From the human T2T-CHM13v2.0 reference genome, Homo sapiens: 64,000 bases of DNA. The notes beneath the pieces were generated by a model. The model worked only from the letters and a program-made list of their open reading frames with translations, did no database searches and was not told the origin of the DNA. The position numbers and the translations under genes were made by a program. Below, in pieces: positions 22,751-37,155 of the stretch (its first letter is position 1; the number at the start of each line of letters is the position of its first letter). The stretch is from NCBI RefSeq assembly GCF_009914755.1, contig NC_060943.1. One strand, given 5' to 3'.

Positions 22751-23067
22751 GATAGGTCCCAATCTATAATCGAATGAAATCAGCTTCTTTTAATCATCCG
22801 TCCACCATCTTTTGGATGGTCCAATACCTCTTCAAGAGCTTTCATTTTACTGTTCCGAAAAAAAAGGGCTGAACCGATAGTGGATGCTAAATATTAATGG
22901 GAAAATAGAGGGATCCATTAGGAGAATCTTGGGCTGTTTGGCATCATCACTCACTGGAACTGGGGACAACTTCTTAGATCTCTGTTACATAGGACATTTC
23001 AAGATAAGATAATGTTTACATGATCTAAAATATGACTGTGTTTAAGAAGTAGAGACAAACAGTTCAC

Positions 23068-23135
23068 CAAAACCATGGCTAAAAATGGTTAAGAACTTGT
23101 CAGTCTTCCTCAGGGGTCCTCTCTTTGCAGAAGCA
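23068..23135 (-). pseudogene. Orphan KRAB-ZNF-type start exon (gccATG GTT TTG | gtgaac)
   Basis: Exon body resembles 1631-1663; donor flank resembles that of ZNF382 exon 2; acceptor and donor dinucleotides intact. Confidence 0.55.
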
Positions 23136-23499
23136 CTGAGACCACAGAGGCAAGAGCTGGGGAAGGAAAACTGCCCATGAGATGAGATGTGCCTCTCAGC
23201 TTCCAAAATCGGGGAGGTAAGAGGGATTCTGGACAAAATGAAACCCTGCACCCACAAGGAGTCCAGCAGACAGATGTAGACACCAAGCAGACATCCTCAT
23301 AATCTAAAAGTAGGGTCCAGACAGCAAGTTTCTGGCCCATCCCACACTCTGCTAATGCTGACCTGGACCTAAAATTAAGCCACTCAACCCTATCTTGAGA
23401 TAACAGAGGGAGAAAATGCTCCCTCCATTTTACTTTCTAGGGTTGCAAAGGGATGACACCATCCACACCAGAACTGCATGAATGGCATCAGGAATGATC

Positions 23500-24035
23500 A
23501 GAGACCATAAATTCCAGTGAGACCAATAACACCATTTCTGGTCCTGCATGCTCTTCCAAACTTTGCCACTAACCCCTTCAAGAGGTACAGTCTATTTCCC
23601 TTTCTCTTGAAATTGGGTAGGCCTTTGGGACTCCCTTGATAAACAGAATACAACAGAAATGACACTGTGTATCTAACAAGGCTAGGTTAGAAAAGGCAAC
23701 AGAACTTCATCCTAATCTCTCTCAAGATGCCCCCCAGGGAATCCAGCCATCATGCTGTGAGGAATCCAAGCAGCTACATAGAAAGGCCACAACTAGATAT
23801 TCCAGCTGTAGTCAGCTGAAGCTCCAGCCAACAGCCAACATCAACCACCACACGTGAAAACGAGCAAGCCTTCAGATGATTCCGACTCCCAACCTCCAAG
23901 CCACCTCAGCTGAAGCCAAGTAGAGCAGAGACTAGCTGTCCCCCAATGCTCTAATATGCAGATTCATAATTAAAAAGAATGTTATTGTTCTAAGCCATGA
24001 AGTTTTGGGGTGGTTTGTCATGCAGCAACTGGAAC
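23500..24035 (+). mobile_element. MLT1-type MaLR LTR
   Basis: gccatcatgctgtgaggaatccaagcagc...taagccatgaagttttggggtggtttgtcatgcagca. Confidence 0.75.
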
Positions 24036-24152
24036 TGCCTGATCACACCACACACACAAAAGCAGAAAACAATGCCATTTCAAAATGGCATTGGGCCACA
24101 TGGAATCCTGCCTCCCAGCCAACCCAACTGCTTCTAGCTCAGCACTTCCTAT

Positions 24153-26454
24153 TTCTTTTTTCTTTTTTCTTTTTTTTTTTTGAGATGGAGTCTTGCTCTG
24201 TCACCCGGGCTGGAGTGCAGTGGCACAATATCGGCTCACTGCAACCTCCGCCTCCTGGGTTCAAGTGATTCTCCCGCCTCAGCCTCCTGAGTAGCTGGGA
24301 TTACAGGCATGCACCACCATGCCTGGCTGATTTTTGTATTTTTAATAGAGACGGGGTTTCACCCTGTTGGTCAGGATGGTCTCGAACTCCTGATTTTGTG
24401 ATCCACGCGCCTTGGCCTGCCAAAGTGCTGGGATTACAGGCGTGAGCCACCATGCCCGGCCTCCTATTTCTCAATCACAATCACTACACAACTTCCTTCA
24501 GTAGCATTGGTCACTACCTCTTTTCTCAGTATCCAAGTTGAAGAAGAGTGAATTTATGACCTCTGCAGCTTGACAATATTTACAAAGAACTCTCTTGAGA
24601 AGTGCTTTATAAACCTTGTCATTTAATCCTCATGCAGCTCTATAATTTAATATATTATTTCCATTCAACAGAGCAAGACACAAAAGGTAAAGAAAGCAAG
24701 TAAGCCAGGTGCAGTGACTCATGCCTGTAACCCCAGCACTTTGGGAGGCCAAGGTGGGAGGACTGAGGCCAAGAGTTCGCGATCAGCCTAGACAACATAG
24801 CAAGATCCTGTCCCTACAACAAAACATTAAAAAATTAGCCAGGTGTGGTAGTGTGCATCTGTAGTCCTAGCTTCTTGGAGGTTGAGCTACTTGAACACCT
24901 GAGCCCAGGAGTTTGAGACTGCAGTGAGCCTCATGATTGTGCCACTGCACTCCAGCCTGGACGACAGAGCAAGACTCTGTCTCAAAAAACAAAAAACAAA
25001 GAGGGCAAGTAATTTGCCTAAATTTCAGTAAGTGTCAGACTTATATTCTCTAGTTGGATGTAGCATATACCTACAATATACATATAATATTGTCTAGTTG
25101 GAGATAGCATATATCTACATTATACATATCTATATAGAAGTATAAATAAATATATATGGTACTATATCTAGTTGGATACAGTATTCTATATATGTCAATT
25201 AGGTCGTTTGCTCACCTCCATCATTAATAATTTCTAGTCTCCTTATTCTAAGTTACTGAAAGGTGTGCTAAAATCTCCAATGATGACTGAATTTGTCTAT
25301 TCATCCTTTCTCTTTTATTGACCTTTTTATATCCTGAAGCTCTTTTTTTTTTTTTTTTTTTTTTTTTTGAGACAGAGTCTTACTCTGTCACCCAGGCTGG
25401 AGTGGAATGGCATGGTCTTGGCTCACTGCAACCTCTGCCTCCTGGGTTCAAGAACCTCCCAGGTTCTCCCGCCTCAGCCTCCTGAGTAGCTGGGACTACA
25501 GGCGTGTGCCACCACACCTGGCTAATTTTTATATTTTTAGTAGAGACAGGGTTTCACTATGTTGGCCAGGGTGGTCTCGAACTCCTGACCTCGTGATCCA
25601 CCTGCCTCAGCCTCCTAAGGTGCTGGGATTACAGACGTGAGCCACCGCACCCAGCCTTGGGTATAAACTTTTATCATTATGAGCTGCCTCCATGTTATCT
25701 CTCATAATATTTTTGGCCTTAAACTCTATTTTTTTGACATAAATAAACATCAGCTTTTGTTGGTGTTTGCATTACCACCTTCATACTTTTGCTTTCAACT
25801 TTTTTTTTCTTCTTTTTTTTGAGATGGAGTCTCACTCTGTCACCCAGGCTGGAGTACAGTGACTTGGTCTCAGCTCACCGCAGCCTCTGCCTCCCAGTTC
25901 AAGCAATTATCATCCTTCAGCCTCCAGAGTAGCTGGGATTATAGGTGTGTGTCACCACACCCAGGTAATTTTTTTAAATTTTTAGTAAAGATGGGGTTTT
26001 CACCATGTTGGCCATGCTGGTCTCGAACTCCTGACCTCAAGTGATCTGCCCGCCTTGGCCTCCCAAAGTGCTGGGATTACAGATGTGAGACCCCACGCCC
26101 AGCCTTGCTTTCAACTTTTCTATGTCATTATACTTAAAAGTGTGTCAGCTACTAAAAGCATATGGTTGATTTTGTTCTTTTCGTCCCTCGCTCTGTCACC
26201 CAAGCTGGAGTGCAGTGGCTCAATCACAGCTCACTGCAGTCTTGACTTCACAGGCTCAAGTGATCCTTCCGCCTCAGCCTCCTGAGTAGCTGGGATTATA
26301 GGCATGCATCACCACACTCAGCTAATTTTAATTTTTTGTAGAGATGGGGTCTCACTATGTTGCCCAGGCTGGTCTCAAACTCCTGGGCTCAGGCAATGCT
26401 CCCATCTCACCCCTCAAATGCTGGGATTATAGGCATGAGCAACTGTGCCCAGCC
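24153..26454. mobile_element. Alu-dense stretch: 24153-24461(-), 24704-25000(+), 25343-25656(-), 25800-26104(-), 26188-26454(-)
   Basis: Alu consensus matches, separated by old L1/MIR-like DNA. Confidence 0.88.
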
Positions 26455-27512
26455 AATAGTTAATCTTTTTATTGTTTAGTCCAGTTTCATTAAATTTCTT
26501 TAATGTAATGTAAATTACTAATTTAATTACTATGTTGGAGGTAAGTTCATCAACATTTACTTCTATGTGTCCCCCTCTTTTTTTGTTGTTCTTTTATTCC
26601 CCCATTCTTACCTTTTATTTTATTGGTCAAATAATTTTATTATTCTAGTTTGCCATATTAGTTCATACTGTCATGCACTATTATTTTAGTTACCATAAAG
26701 ATTATAATACTGTGCTTAACTTGTTACAACTAAAATTCTCATGCAGTGCTTCTGACAGCATAAGTACAACCACAGTGGAAATGTTTAGCAGTATCTACGA
26801 AAACTGAACATACATACATCATACAATCCAGCAATTCTACCCCTGTTTATCTCCATAATGTCTGTGTGCAGGGGTGGGGGAGAGGATTAATACTTATGTG
26901 CATGTCTTTGTCCATATTTTGACAATAATGGTCATACTAGCAGTATTTCTATAGAAAAATTTGAAACAACTCAAATTTCCAACAATAGAACAGATAAATA
27001 ATCTGTGCCACATCCTACAATGGAATACTACACAGCAAAAGGAAGGAACAGGTACCTGCTATATGGAACAACATGGATGAATTTTACACAGATATTGAGT
27101 AGAAGATTATTTTACTTATGAGAAGTTAAAATAGGTAGATATTAAAAGGAGAGGTACATGAAGGAAATATTTTTATTCAGTGGGACCCCAGGAGACTGGA
27201 TAAATTATCCAGATCCTACATTATTGCCTGAACAGGTAGATTTGAGCAGGCTGCAATCTGTTCACCCACCAAAAGCCCATGCCACATTCCTGTAGATATC
27301 TATACTTAAAATGACAAAGACACACGTTCCTAGAGGGTCTTGGAAGCGGGTATAAAGTTGGTCAGGTCACGAGAGCTGCACAGCCAGTACAAGGAATTGC
27401 CTGGGTAGGATTCAGCTTTGACTCTAGTAATAGCTGACTGGTTATGCATCCTTATATTAGCATTGCTTCTCTGTATTCTCTATGGTTTTCTTTTCATTTA
27501 AGACTACTTCTT

Positions 27513-27811
27513 GGCTGGGTGCAGTGGCTCATGCCTGTAATCCCAGCGCTTTGGGAGGCTGAGGCTGGAGGATCACTTGAGACCAGGAGTTCAAGACCAG
27601 CCTAGGCAACATAGTGAGACTCTGTGTCTACAATAGTAAAAAATATTAGCCGGGCCGAGTGACATGCACACCTGTAGTCCCAGCTACTCAGGAGGCTGAG
27701 GTAGGAGGGTAGCTTGAGCCCAGGAGTTTGAGGCTACAGTGTGCCTTGATTGCACCACTGCAACCCAGCCTGGGTGACAGAGCAAGACCCTGTCTCTTAA
27801 AAAAAAAAAAA
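27513..27811 (+). mobile_element. AluJ-like
   Basis: Dimeric Alu. Confidence 0.9.
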
Positions 27812-29124
27812 TGGTTGGGAGGTTATGTACAGTTGCAAATAAGAACAAAAGATGTGATTAAAACTTTCAATATGTTAATCTTAGCTCTGAAAGTTACTAA
27901 TTCTGTGCTTTGACAAGTATTTTATTGGCATTACCTAGATTTCCTCATCAATAAAATTAGAAAAACAACAGCACCTTGTACCTCACAGAGTTGTCAGAAT
28001 TAAGTGGAAAAAAAACTAACAACAAATCACTCCCATGGCACATAATAAGTACCTAAAAATCACCTAATAAATATCATCTATTTGTATTGATGATGAAAAG
28101 ACTATGTCATGTCATATAATCTATTAGTATTAAAGAAAAGTGTCTTCTGTCCTTAACATGCTTTCTGAGGCCTGCTCTTTCTTATAAAGCTAATATCTTA
28201 CAAAGCACAGCCTGCAAATGTAATTAGTCTTCACTAACAACATTACCCACAGATTTTTTCAAAAAGAAAAGGACAGCAGCTAGAGAGAAGTCATTCGGCT
28301 TATAAACATAGCTCAGAGAATCTGACCCAAATAGTTAACAAATTGAAAATATTAACAAAAGATCAGTCTTGTTCCTTGGCCAATCCAGTCTTTTATGCCT
28401 ATTTGTAACTATTAACATCAATTCTGTTATCAGAAATCATAAACCCATCCTCAGCAGTGTGATTTATATAACAAAGTCTCCTAAGACTTCTGGTCTTGAA
28501 AGATTAATGCTGTCTTGTGAAAGTTACCTAAGTCTGTACAAATACATACATACATATATAATTCTGACTAGCTACCTTACTTAGCTGCCTACCTGTTCTC
28601 CTGGTAATTATGCATAAATTAATATGTATATAATTCTAAAAGGTGTAAATACTCAGAATGTTTGTCAAATCAGTTGGGCATCAATGACACTTCCTTTTTA
28701 TCCCTACACACATGGAAGTCTAACAAAAGCATGACTGATTTGAATTTCTTTTTCAAGCTAAGAGTAGAGAGGTCTTCTCTCATTCAAATGACTAATTCAT
28801 GTGAATCTTTCTGAAAAAAACAAGAACATATTAACATATCTACAAGGAAAAATTGAGAAGAATGTACACCAAAATATTAATAGTGAACATTTTCTAGATA
28901 ATAAAACTATGAGTACTTACAACTTTCTATTTTATAAGTCAACTTAGGTTACTGAATTTTTTTCAATTAGACTGCATTAATTCCATCATCAGGAATGATA
29001 AAACCTAAAGCATTTTTCTAAAGAGCTGGGAGGGAAAGCTATCTTTTACTTATTAAGAAAACTGTGAGCAAACAGGCTGGCAAAATGACACAGAGCAGCA
29101 CTAAAACCAAACTGACCAAAATAA

Positions 29125-29453
<329 letters not shown>

Positions 29454-30464
29454 AAGTCTTGTACATTCTCTTCCCATATTTCATCAATGTACTGAGACAT
29501 TTCCAATATTAAGATTTTTGTTCAGATGTGCAAAATTGAGGTAAGTGGCCCTTTCACACTGAATAAATACTGTTTGGGCCACAGTGGAGGCTTAACAAAT
29601 GTGGTTTTATCATTGCCTTTCTTTACTGAATGACCAGTTAATATAATCCTTGAAAAGCTGCTAATAAACGCCTATCATAGTTCAACTGATTTATAATTTA
29701 GCAATTCATTGTGTACTTTTGCTCACAAATATGAATGTTATATGATATTCCATCTTATATTTTTTATATTAGTATCTCCAATTTCTTATTATCTATGTAG
29801 TATTACATCACTTGGATGTAAACTGACTGACTTAATATTTACATAATACAGGAAATTGTTTTTGGACAAACTCTTCCTAAAGTTCATTTCCAGGTGTTAT
29901 AGATCAGTGGTTCAAAACATTTTTGGGTTGTATATACCCTTAATACTCTCATAAAATTAGAGACTTTTGCCGAGGAAAAAATACGCATGAATAAAATAAA
30001 CATACAATAATTAGGTATATAATTCCAAGGCAAATTATTCCAGGTGAAGTATCCCTGTTCTAGACAGAGCATATTTGTGAGCCACTGCACTTGAACTCCA
30101 CAAATTTTTGAATTGCATATAATTTTCACATGTCATGAAATATTATTCTCCTTTTGATTTGTTGTCAACTATTGAAAAAGTTAAAATCAATCAGTTCACA
30201 AGCCATACAAAAATAGGCTACAAGCAGGGTTTGGCCTACAGAGCCATAGTTTGCAAACCCCTGCTATAGACCCAGAGACCATTATACCATACACAGGCTA
30301 CACAATTATGTAACTTGGAAAAAAAAAAAGACACCTCATGCTGCCAAACCTCATGCAAGAACTAGCTGGGTACCACATCTCCATCTCTTAACATCTCCAT
30401 ATCAAACACAGGCTGTGCTTTTTCTGTTGGAACCTTCATCCTATTTCCTTAATTACAAGTGTAA

Positions 30465-30688
30465 TTTTTTTTTTTTTTTTTGAGACGGAGTCTCGCTCTG
30501 CCTCAGCCTCCCTGAGTAGCTGGGACTATAGACGCCCACCACCACACCTGGCTAATTTTTTTTTATTTTTAGTAGAAATGGAGTTTCACCATGTTAGCCA
30601 GGATGGTCTCGATCTCCTGACCTCGTGATCCGCCTGCCTCGGCCTCCCAAAGTGCTGGGATTACAGGTGTGAGTCACTGCGCCCGGCC
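30465..30688 (-). mobile_element. Alu with an internal deletion
   Basis: tctcgctctg joined directly to cctcagcctcc; TSD acaagtgtaatt. Confidence 0.88.
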
Positions 30689-31095
30689 ACAAGTGTAATT
30701 CTTAATTACAACTGTATTCCTAGCTACTTGGAAGGCTGAGGTGGGAGGACTGCTTGAGCCCAGGAGTTCCAGGCTGTAGTGAGCTATGATCGCACCACTG
30801 CCCATCACAATTAACCTCATATTTTCATTGCACCTTATATGTGAATGTGGAATGACTTAGAATATCCACATAATAAGGTTTTAAATTTAAGCTTAATAAT
30901 TTATTATTATCAGCCACCGTTTTGTTACTCTGTTAATAGTAACTTTGCTAATCCTCATAAAAATCCTTTGAAATTGGTACTATTATTATATAAATAATAA
31001 ACTATAGAACAGAAAGATATTGAGTATATTGCCCAAATTCACACACAGTATTAATAATTAGCAAAACCTTAGATTTTAATTCAGATACTATAGAA

Positions 31096-31848
<753 letters not shown>

Positions 31849-31930
31849 TTCTAGACCCAGAGACCATTATACCATACTCACACAGTCTACACAGTTATGT
31901 GACTTGGGGGAAAAAAAGAAAAAAACACCT

Positions 31931-32264
<334 letters not shown>

Positions 32265-33181
32265 CTAGCTGGTACCATATAAATCTCCTAAGGTATCCCC
32301 TCGGAAAAACTTCCTGCCCTTCTTAACAGCTCTCTCTGCACATACTCTGCAATAATATTCTAACTCCTAAGGTCCTCTAAAACAAAAAAAGTTACTATAA
32401 CCATTCAAACGATCTCCTATCTTGCTGTTTTTCCACTCATGTCTCTGAAGAAAATCTAAACTATCTAATGTGTAATTCTACCTAAGCAATTGGTCTCCTC
32501 CGTAACAAATCACCGTGTGAAGGCAGACTATTTCTATGTCATGAGAATGCTTAAACAAAAAGAGCACACAGGAGAAGTGAACATACTGTCAAGGTGTTAT
32601 ATGAAAATTAACTCTAGGAAGGGCATCTGATGAGGTACTGGAAAGAAGGAGATCTGTCTTCATAATGTCATCAGTAACTGGGAAGAGAAGGACTAGAGAC
32701 CAGGTAAATAGATAAGTCACTATTTGGTGAGCATTTCAAATGAAGTTATTCCACATCCTGAAAAACAAAAATGCATTTCATAAAACAAAGAAAAAAATCA
32801 AAATGACCTCCAGCTTTGCTTTAAAATGTGCAACTACAATGCTTTTCTTCTCTCAGAGCTCTTCTCTTGGAATACAGCAAAATGTGGAAAGAAAGGGAAT
32901 CACAATATACTCAGCCTTTCTTGGAGCCCAGACAGGCTAAATAAGAACACATTCTTCACCACCGGCAAGCTTCCATAACCCATGCTGAATATGACCAGAT
33001 GGAAGTATGAGAAAGACTGGAATATTGTTGACTCTTCCCTTCATAAAGAAAAGTCAGGTTCACCAAAGCCTGGGACTGAAATGTTTCTGTATTCACAATA
33101 ATTTCCTTTAGACAGCTATGAAAATGCTGTGGATCTGCAATATTCAACTTGCCCCCACAGAGCTTCCAAAAGGGATCTTTT

Positions 33182-33559
<378 letters not shown>

Positions 33560-34410
33560 CTAACATCTCCATATCAAACACGAGGCTGTGCATATCAGAA
33601 CACAGCCTTGTCCATGTGAAACACAAGGCTGTGCTTTTTCAGTTGGAAACTTCATTCTGGATCTCAAATATCCAACTTTCTTTTCGATAGCCATTTGACT
33701 GCACACTGTGCAACGTGGTTATAAGGTGAAATGACTGAGGCAGTGAAAGAAATCCCAGTATAACAAACTCCAAGAAACCACGTAACTTAAAATTGGCCCC
33801 AGAGGTTGGCGAGGCTGCATGCCACTGTGTATTATGCATTATGAAAGCGACAGGGGCCATGCTTTAGAACAGAAGGTCTCAGAGTCTTCCACAGACACAG
33901 ATCGAGCCATACGGGGACCTTGTCCACGTATTCCTGAGCCCCAGAACTGCAGAAATCAAACTCTACAAAAGCTGCACCAGGCCAGTTTTGATCACAGTCT
34001 CCAGTGGGTCACAACAGCGCTGTCACAGGATCACTGATAACAGCATGACACATTCATAGTCACCGCTCAGCGCCGTCACACAAACGGCCCCGCCCCCACT
34101 CAGTCCCGCGGGCCCAATCGGGGACAGTCAGGGCTGTCCCGGGCTGTGCACCTGCTGTGCACACACACCCCCTGCTGTGCACACCCCCCGCCCCCCCGGG
34201 ACCATCACAGGCGCGCCCACTCACACCACCACACACGGACGCAGCCACAGAACGGCACACACAAACACAATCACACAGTCTCCCTCCCCAGCAGGTGACT
34301 TGCACACAGGCCTGGGGCTTCTGCCTCCACAAACCCTCTCCGCGTCCCATGAACCCAGGTCCCCTGCCGTGAGCTCTTCTCGCATCCAGACCCGGGTCAC
34401 CTCAACTCAC

Positions 34411-34570
34411 CACATGGAAAACGAACACCAGGTCAACGGAAAAGGGAGCCGGGGTCCTGGCAGAAGCGTAGTGCCAGCCGCAATAGGGCGGCCGTGGGTG
34501 CAAACGGAGGGGAGCGCCGGCAGCTAGCACCGCGCGGCGACTAACGGGCCGCCCCGGAGACTCCTGGGAG
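34411..34570 (-). other. ZNF529: Candidate ZNF529 distal non-coding exon 1 (divergent from ZNF382)
   Basis: Strong minus-strand donor tg|gtgagt at 34410, inside the shared CpG island. Confidence 0.6.
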
Positions 34571-34589
34571 CTCAGGCCCACGCGCGAGT

Positions 34590-34622
34590 GCGCAGGCGCA
34601 GACGACTCACCCTGGGCCGGGG
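34590..34622 (+). other. ZNF382: Candidate ZNF382 non-coding exon 1 (TSS approximate)
   Basis: Inside the CpG island beside an NRF1 site. Donor gg|gtgagg at 34623; alternative donor ag|gtaacc at 34732. Confidence 0.55.
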
Positions 34623-35633
34623 GTGAGGCTTGGTGGGTGCCAGGGGTGCTGAGGAGGCCAAGGAGGGCACTGGGAGCTCCGTTCCGGGAGAGCTGTCTAA
34701 GGACGCGGAACCGGGTGGGGAGGCCAGGGAGGTAACCAAGAGTCCGAGCCGGGCCTGGAAATTCTGAGGAGGAAACCGGGACCGCGGTATCCAGACGCTC
34801 CGATCTGTACGAGCCGGGCCTCGGGCGTGGTCCATGGGCGTGACCTTGAGGGTGACCCGGAGCGAGCTCCGCGAAGGGGGATTTTGCCCGTTCTGATCCC
34901 GCGGAAGCGCCATCGCTGGCGGCGGGTCCCCGCGCGGAGCGGGCGCTGCGTGTTCGCGCGCGCGGGCGCGCGCTGAATAGGGGTGGCCTCCTGCGCCCAA
35001 CCTGCTGCATTTTAGGTGCTTGCCTCTCTTTGGGATGTTGTGGCCGATTGTGTGTGAAAAGTGAACGGAGTAGTGTTGCTGCGCGAGGTTTCCTCTGCGT
35101 GTGTCTATTTTTAGATTAGGTGTGAGTCGCATTTGAGACTGCCTTTGAGTGTGGAGAATTGCAAGTGATTTGTAGGTGTGGTTGTGACTGCCTGGAGTCG
35201 TGTTAGCTGCTGTCTGAGGTTGTGAATGACAAGTGGGGCCTGTAGGTTGGTGGTTCTCTGAAGGATGTTTGATTGACTGTGACTCTGCATGTGTTTGTAA
35301 CCTACTGTTACTTCTGGTGGTTTTGTGGCCTTAGTGACCTAAATATTTGAATGATTGAGGAACTCTGTTATGACCATGGCTAGTTGGTTATGTAAGACTT
35401 GATTATCTGAATAGTAGCCATTAAGCCTGCCTCCAAAACTGTAACTAAGTAGCAATTTAGCAAATAAAATAGAGATAACAGTATCAGAGGGGAAGAGATG
35501 ATTTTCATAATTCCCAGATTCATTTCCTGGAAACACCATATTAACTAAAACCAGTATGTTGAAATGAATAGCATTCCATTGGGGACATGCAGGAAATTTT
35601 TTTTTTTTTTTTTTTTTTACCATAACTACCACT

Positions 35634-36380
35634 TTTGTTGTTGTTTTTTGTTTGTTTTAAGACAAGGTCTTGCTCTTTTGCCCAGGCTGGAGTGTAGTGG
35701 CATGATCTCTGCTCACTGCCACCTCTACCTCTGAAGTTCAAGTGATTCTCCTGCCCCAGCTTCCTGAGTAGCTGGGACTACAGGCTTGTGCCACCACGCT
35801 CGGCTAGTTTTTGTATTTTTAGTAGAGATGGGGTTTCACCATGTTGCCCAGGCTGGTCTTGAACTCCTGACCTCAAGTGATCCCCTCCCCCCGCCCCCTC
35901 GGCCTGCCAAAGTACTGGGATTACAGGTGTGAGCCACTGTGCCTGGCATAACTACCACTTTCAACACTTGTATATGAGTGAGGTTTCCTACTCCCTTAGG
36001 CTTGCTAAGATAATAAAAAGTATTTGATAGATTTTTAATAAGTCCAGTCTCACTGTAGTAATTAAAATAGTTATTTTGCGGGCCTGGTGCAGTGACTGAT
36101 GCCTGTAATCCCAGCATTTTGGGAGGCCAAGGTGGGCAGATCACCTGAGATCGAGAATTCGAGACCAGCCTGACCAACATGGAGAAACCCCATCTCTACT
36201 AAAAATACAAAATTAGCCGGGCATGGTGGTGCATGCCTGTAATCCCAGCTACTCAGGAGGCTGAGGCAGGAGAATCGCTTGAACCCGGGAGGTGGAGGTT
36301 GCGGTCAGTCAAGATTGTACCATTGCACTCCAGCCTGGGCAACAAGAGTGAAACTCTGTCTCAAAAAAAAAAAAAAAAAA
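35634..36380. mobile_element. Head-to-head Alu pair: 35634-35947(-), 36081-36380(+)
   Basis: Two Alus in ZNF382 intron 1. Confidence 0.92.
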
Positions 36381-36836
36381 GATTATTCTCAACTACAACA
36401 TAGACCAGATAGGCAAAGATTTAAAAGTTGTCAACTGTCTTCATCAGGGCTTGGGAAGGTATTCTCATCCACTACTATCAGTGTAAATTGGCAAAAAGTC
36501 CAAGAAGAACCGTTTGGAAATACACAGTAAACCTGTGGTTAGAGGTAGATGGAAGGCAGAGCTGCAGAGGGAAAAACACAGTGTTCCCTCTCTTCAAGCT
36601 AAAACAGGTTCCCCAGAATCCTGTATACTTTACCAAGAGACTGGGTTTCTGGTGTTTGTGAGGGAGCCTGATTTGTCTGTTTTCCCACTAACTACCATCC
36701 TGGACATCTGAAGGGTACACAGGGTGGACAAGTGCTGAAATAGTGAACATTCATGCAGATTTAACTGAGTTAATTCTGGGAGTTCTGAGTCAAGTATGGT
36801 CTCACATACGTATATCCTCCATCTTTGCTTTCTCAG

Positions 36837-36907
36837 GACTGTTTCTTTTTCCAAAAGAGGAGCTCAAAAGAGAAAGTTCATCTAGAAATCTCAAAGCCAT
36901 GTCTCAG
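36837..36907 (+). CDS. ZNF382: ZNF382 exon 2: 5' UTR plus start gccATG TCT CAG (MSQ)
   Basis: Acceptor ctttgctttctcag, ATG at 36899-36901, donor gtgaga at 36908. In frame with the 39212 acceptor ([11 protein letters not shown]). Confidence 0.85.
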
Positions 36908-37027
36908 GTGAGATGATGTTTCCTCTCTTTCTGAAATAACTTTTTTTCATGGTGTATGAACATGAGCTTCACTGTCCTTTAACCTTCCCTGATATTGGGA
37001 TTTGCTTCCATGAAATTAGTCTTCAGT

Positions 37028-37155
37028 CAGGGCCAGATTAGGCTGAGGCAGGCAAGTGGCATGAGGTGAAATATTTAAGGGGTACCCTCAGGGCTGTGCC
37101 CTCCTAAATTTTGCATTCTAGGTGCCTCACCTGCCTCACCCTGTATCCAGCCCTG
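37028..37155. mobile_element. MER96-like palindromic hAT MITE
   Basis: cagggccagattaggctgaggcaggc ... cctcacctgcctcaccctgtatccagccctg. Confidence 0.65.

Larger units (their letters stand above)
34000..35130. promoter_or_regulatory. CpG-island bidirectional promoter (ZNF382 / distal ZNF529)
   Basis: High GC/CpG. NRF1 site TGCGCAGGCGCA at 34589-34600; outward-facing splice donors on both strands; (CG)n run at ~34954-34972. Confidence 0.9.

Noticed and set aside
34402-35132. 202-aa and 186-aa minus-strand ORFs
   Set aside because: Stop-poor, GC-rich CpG-island sequence; R/P/A/G-biased with no recognisable domain.
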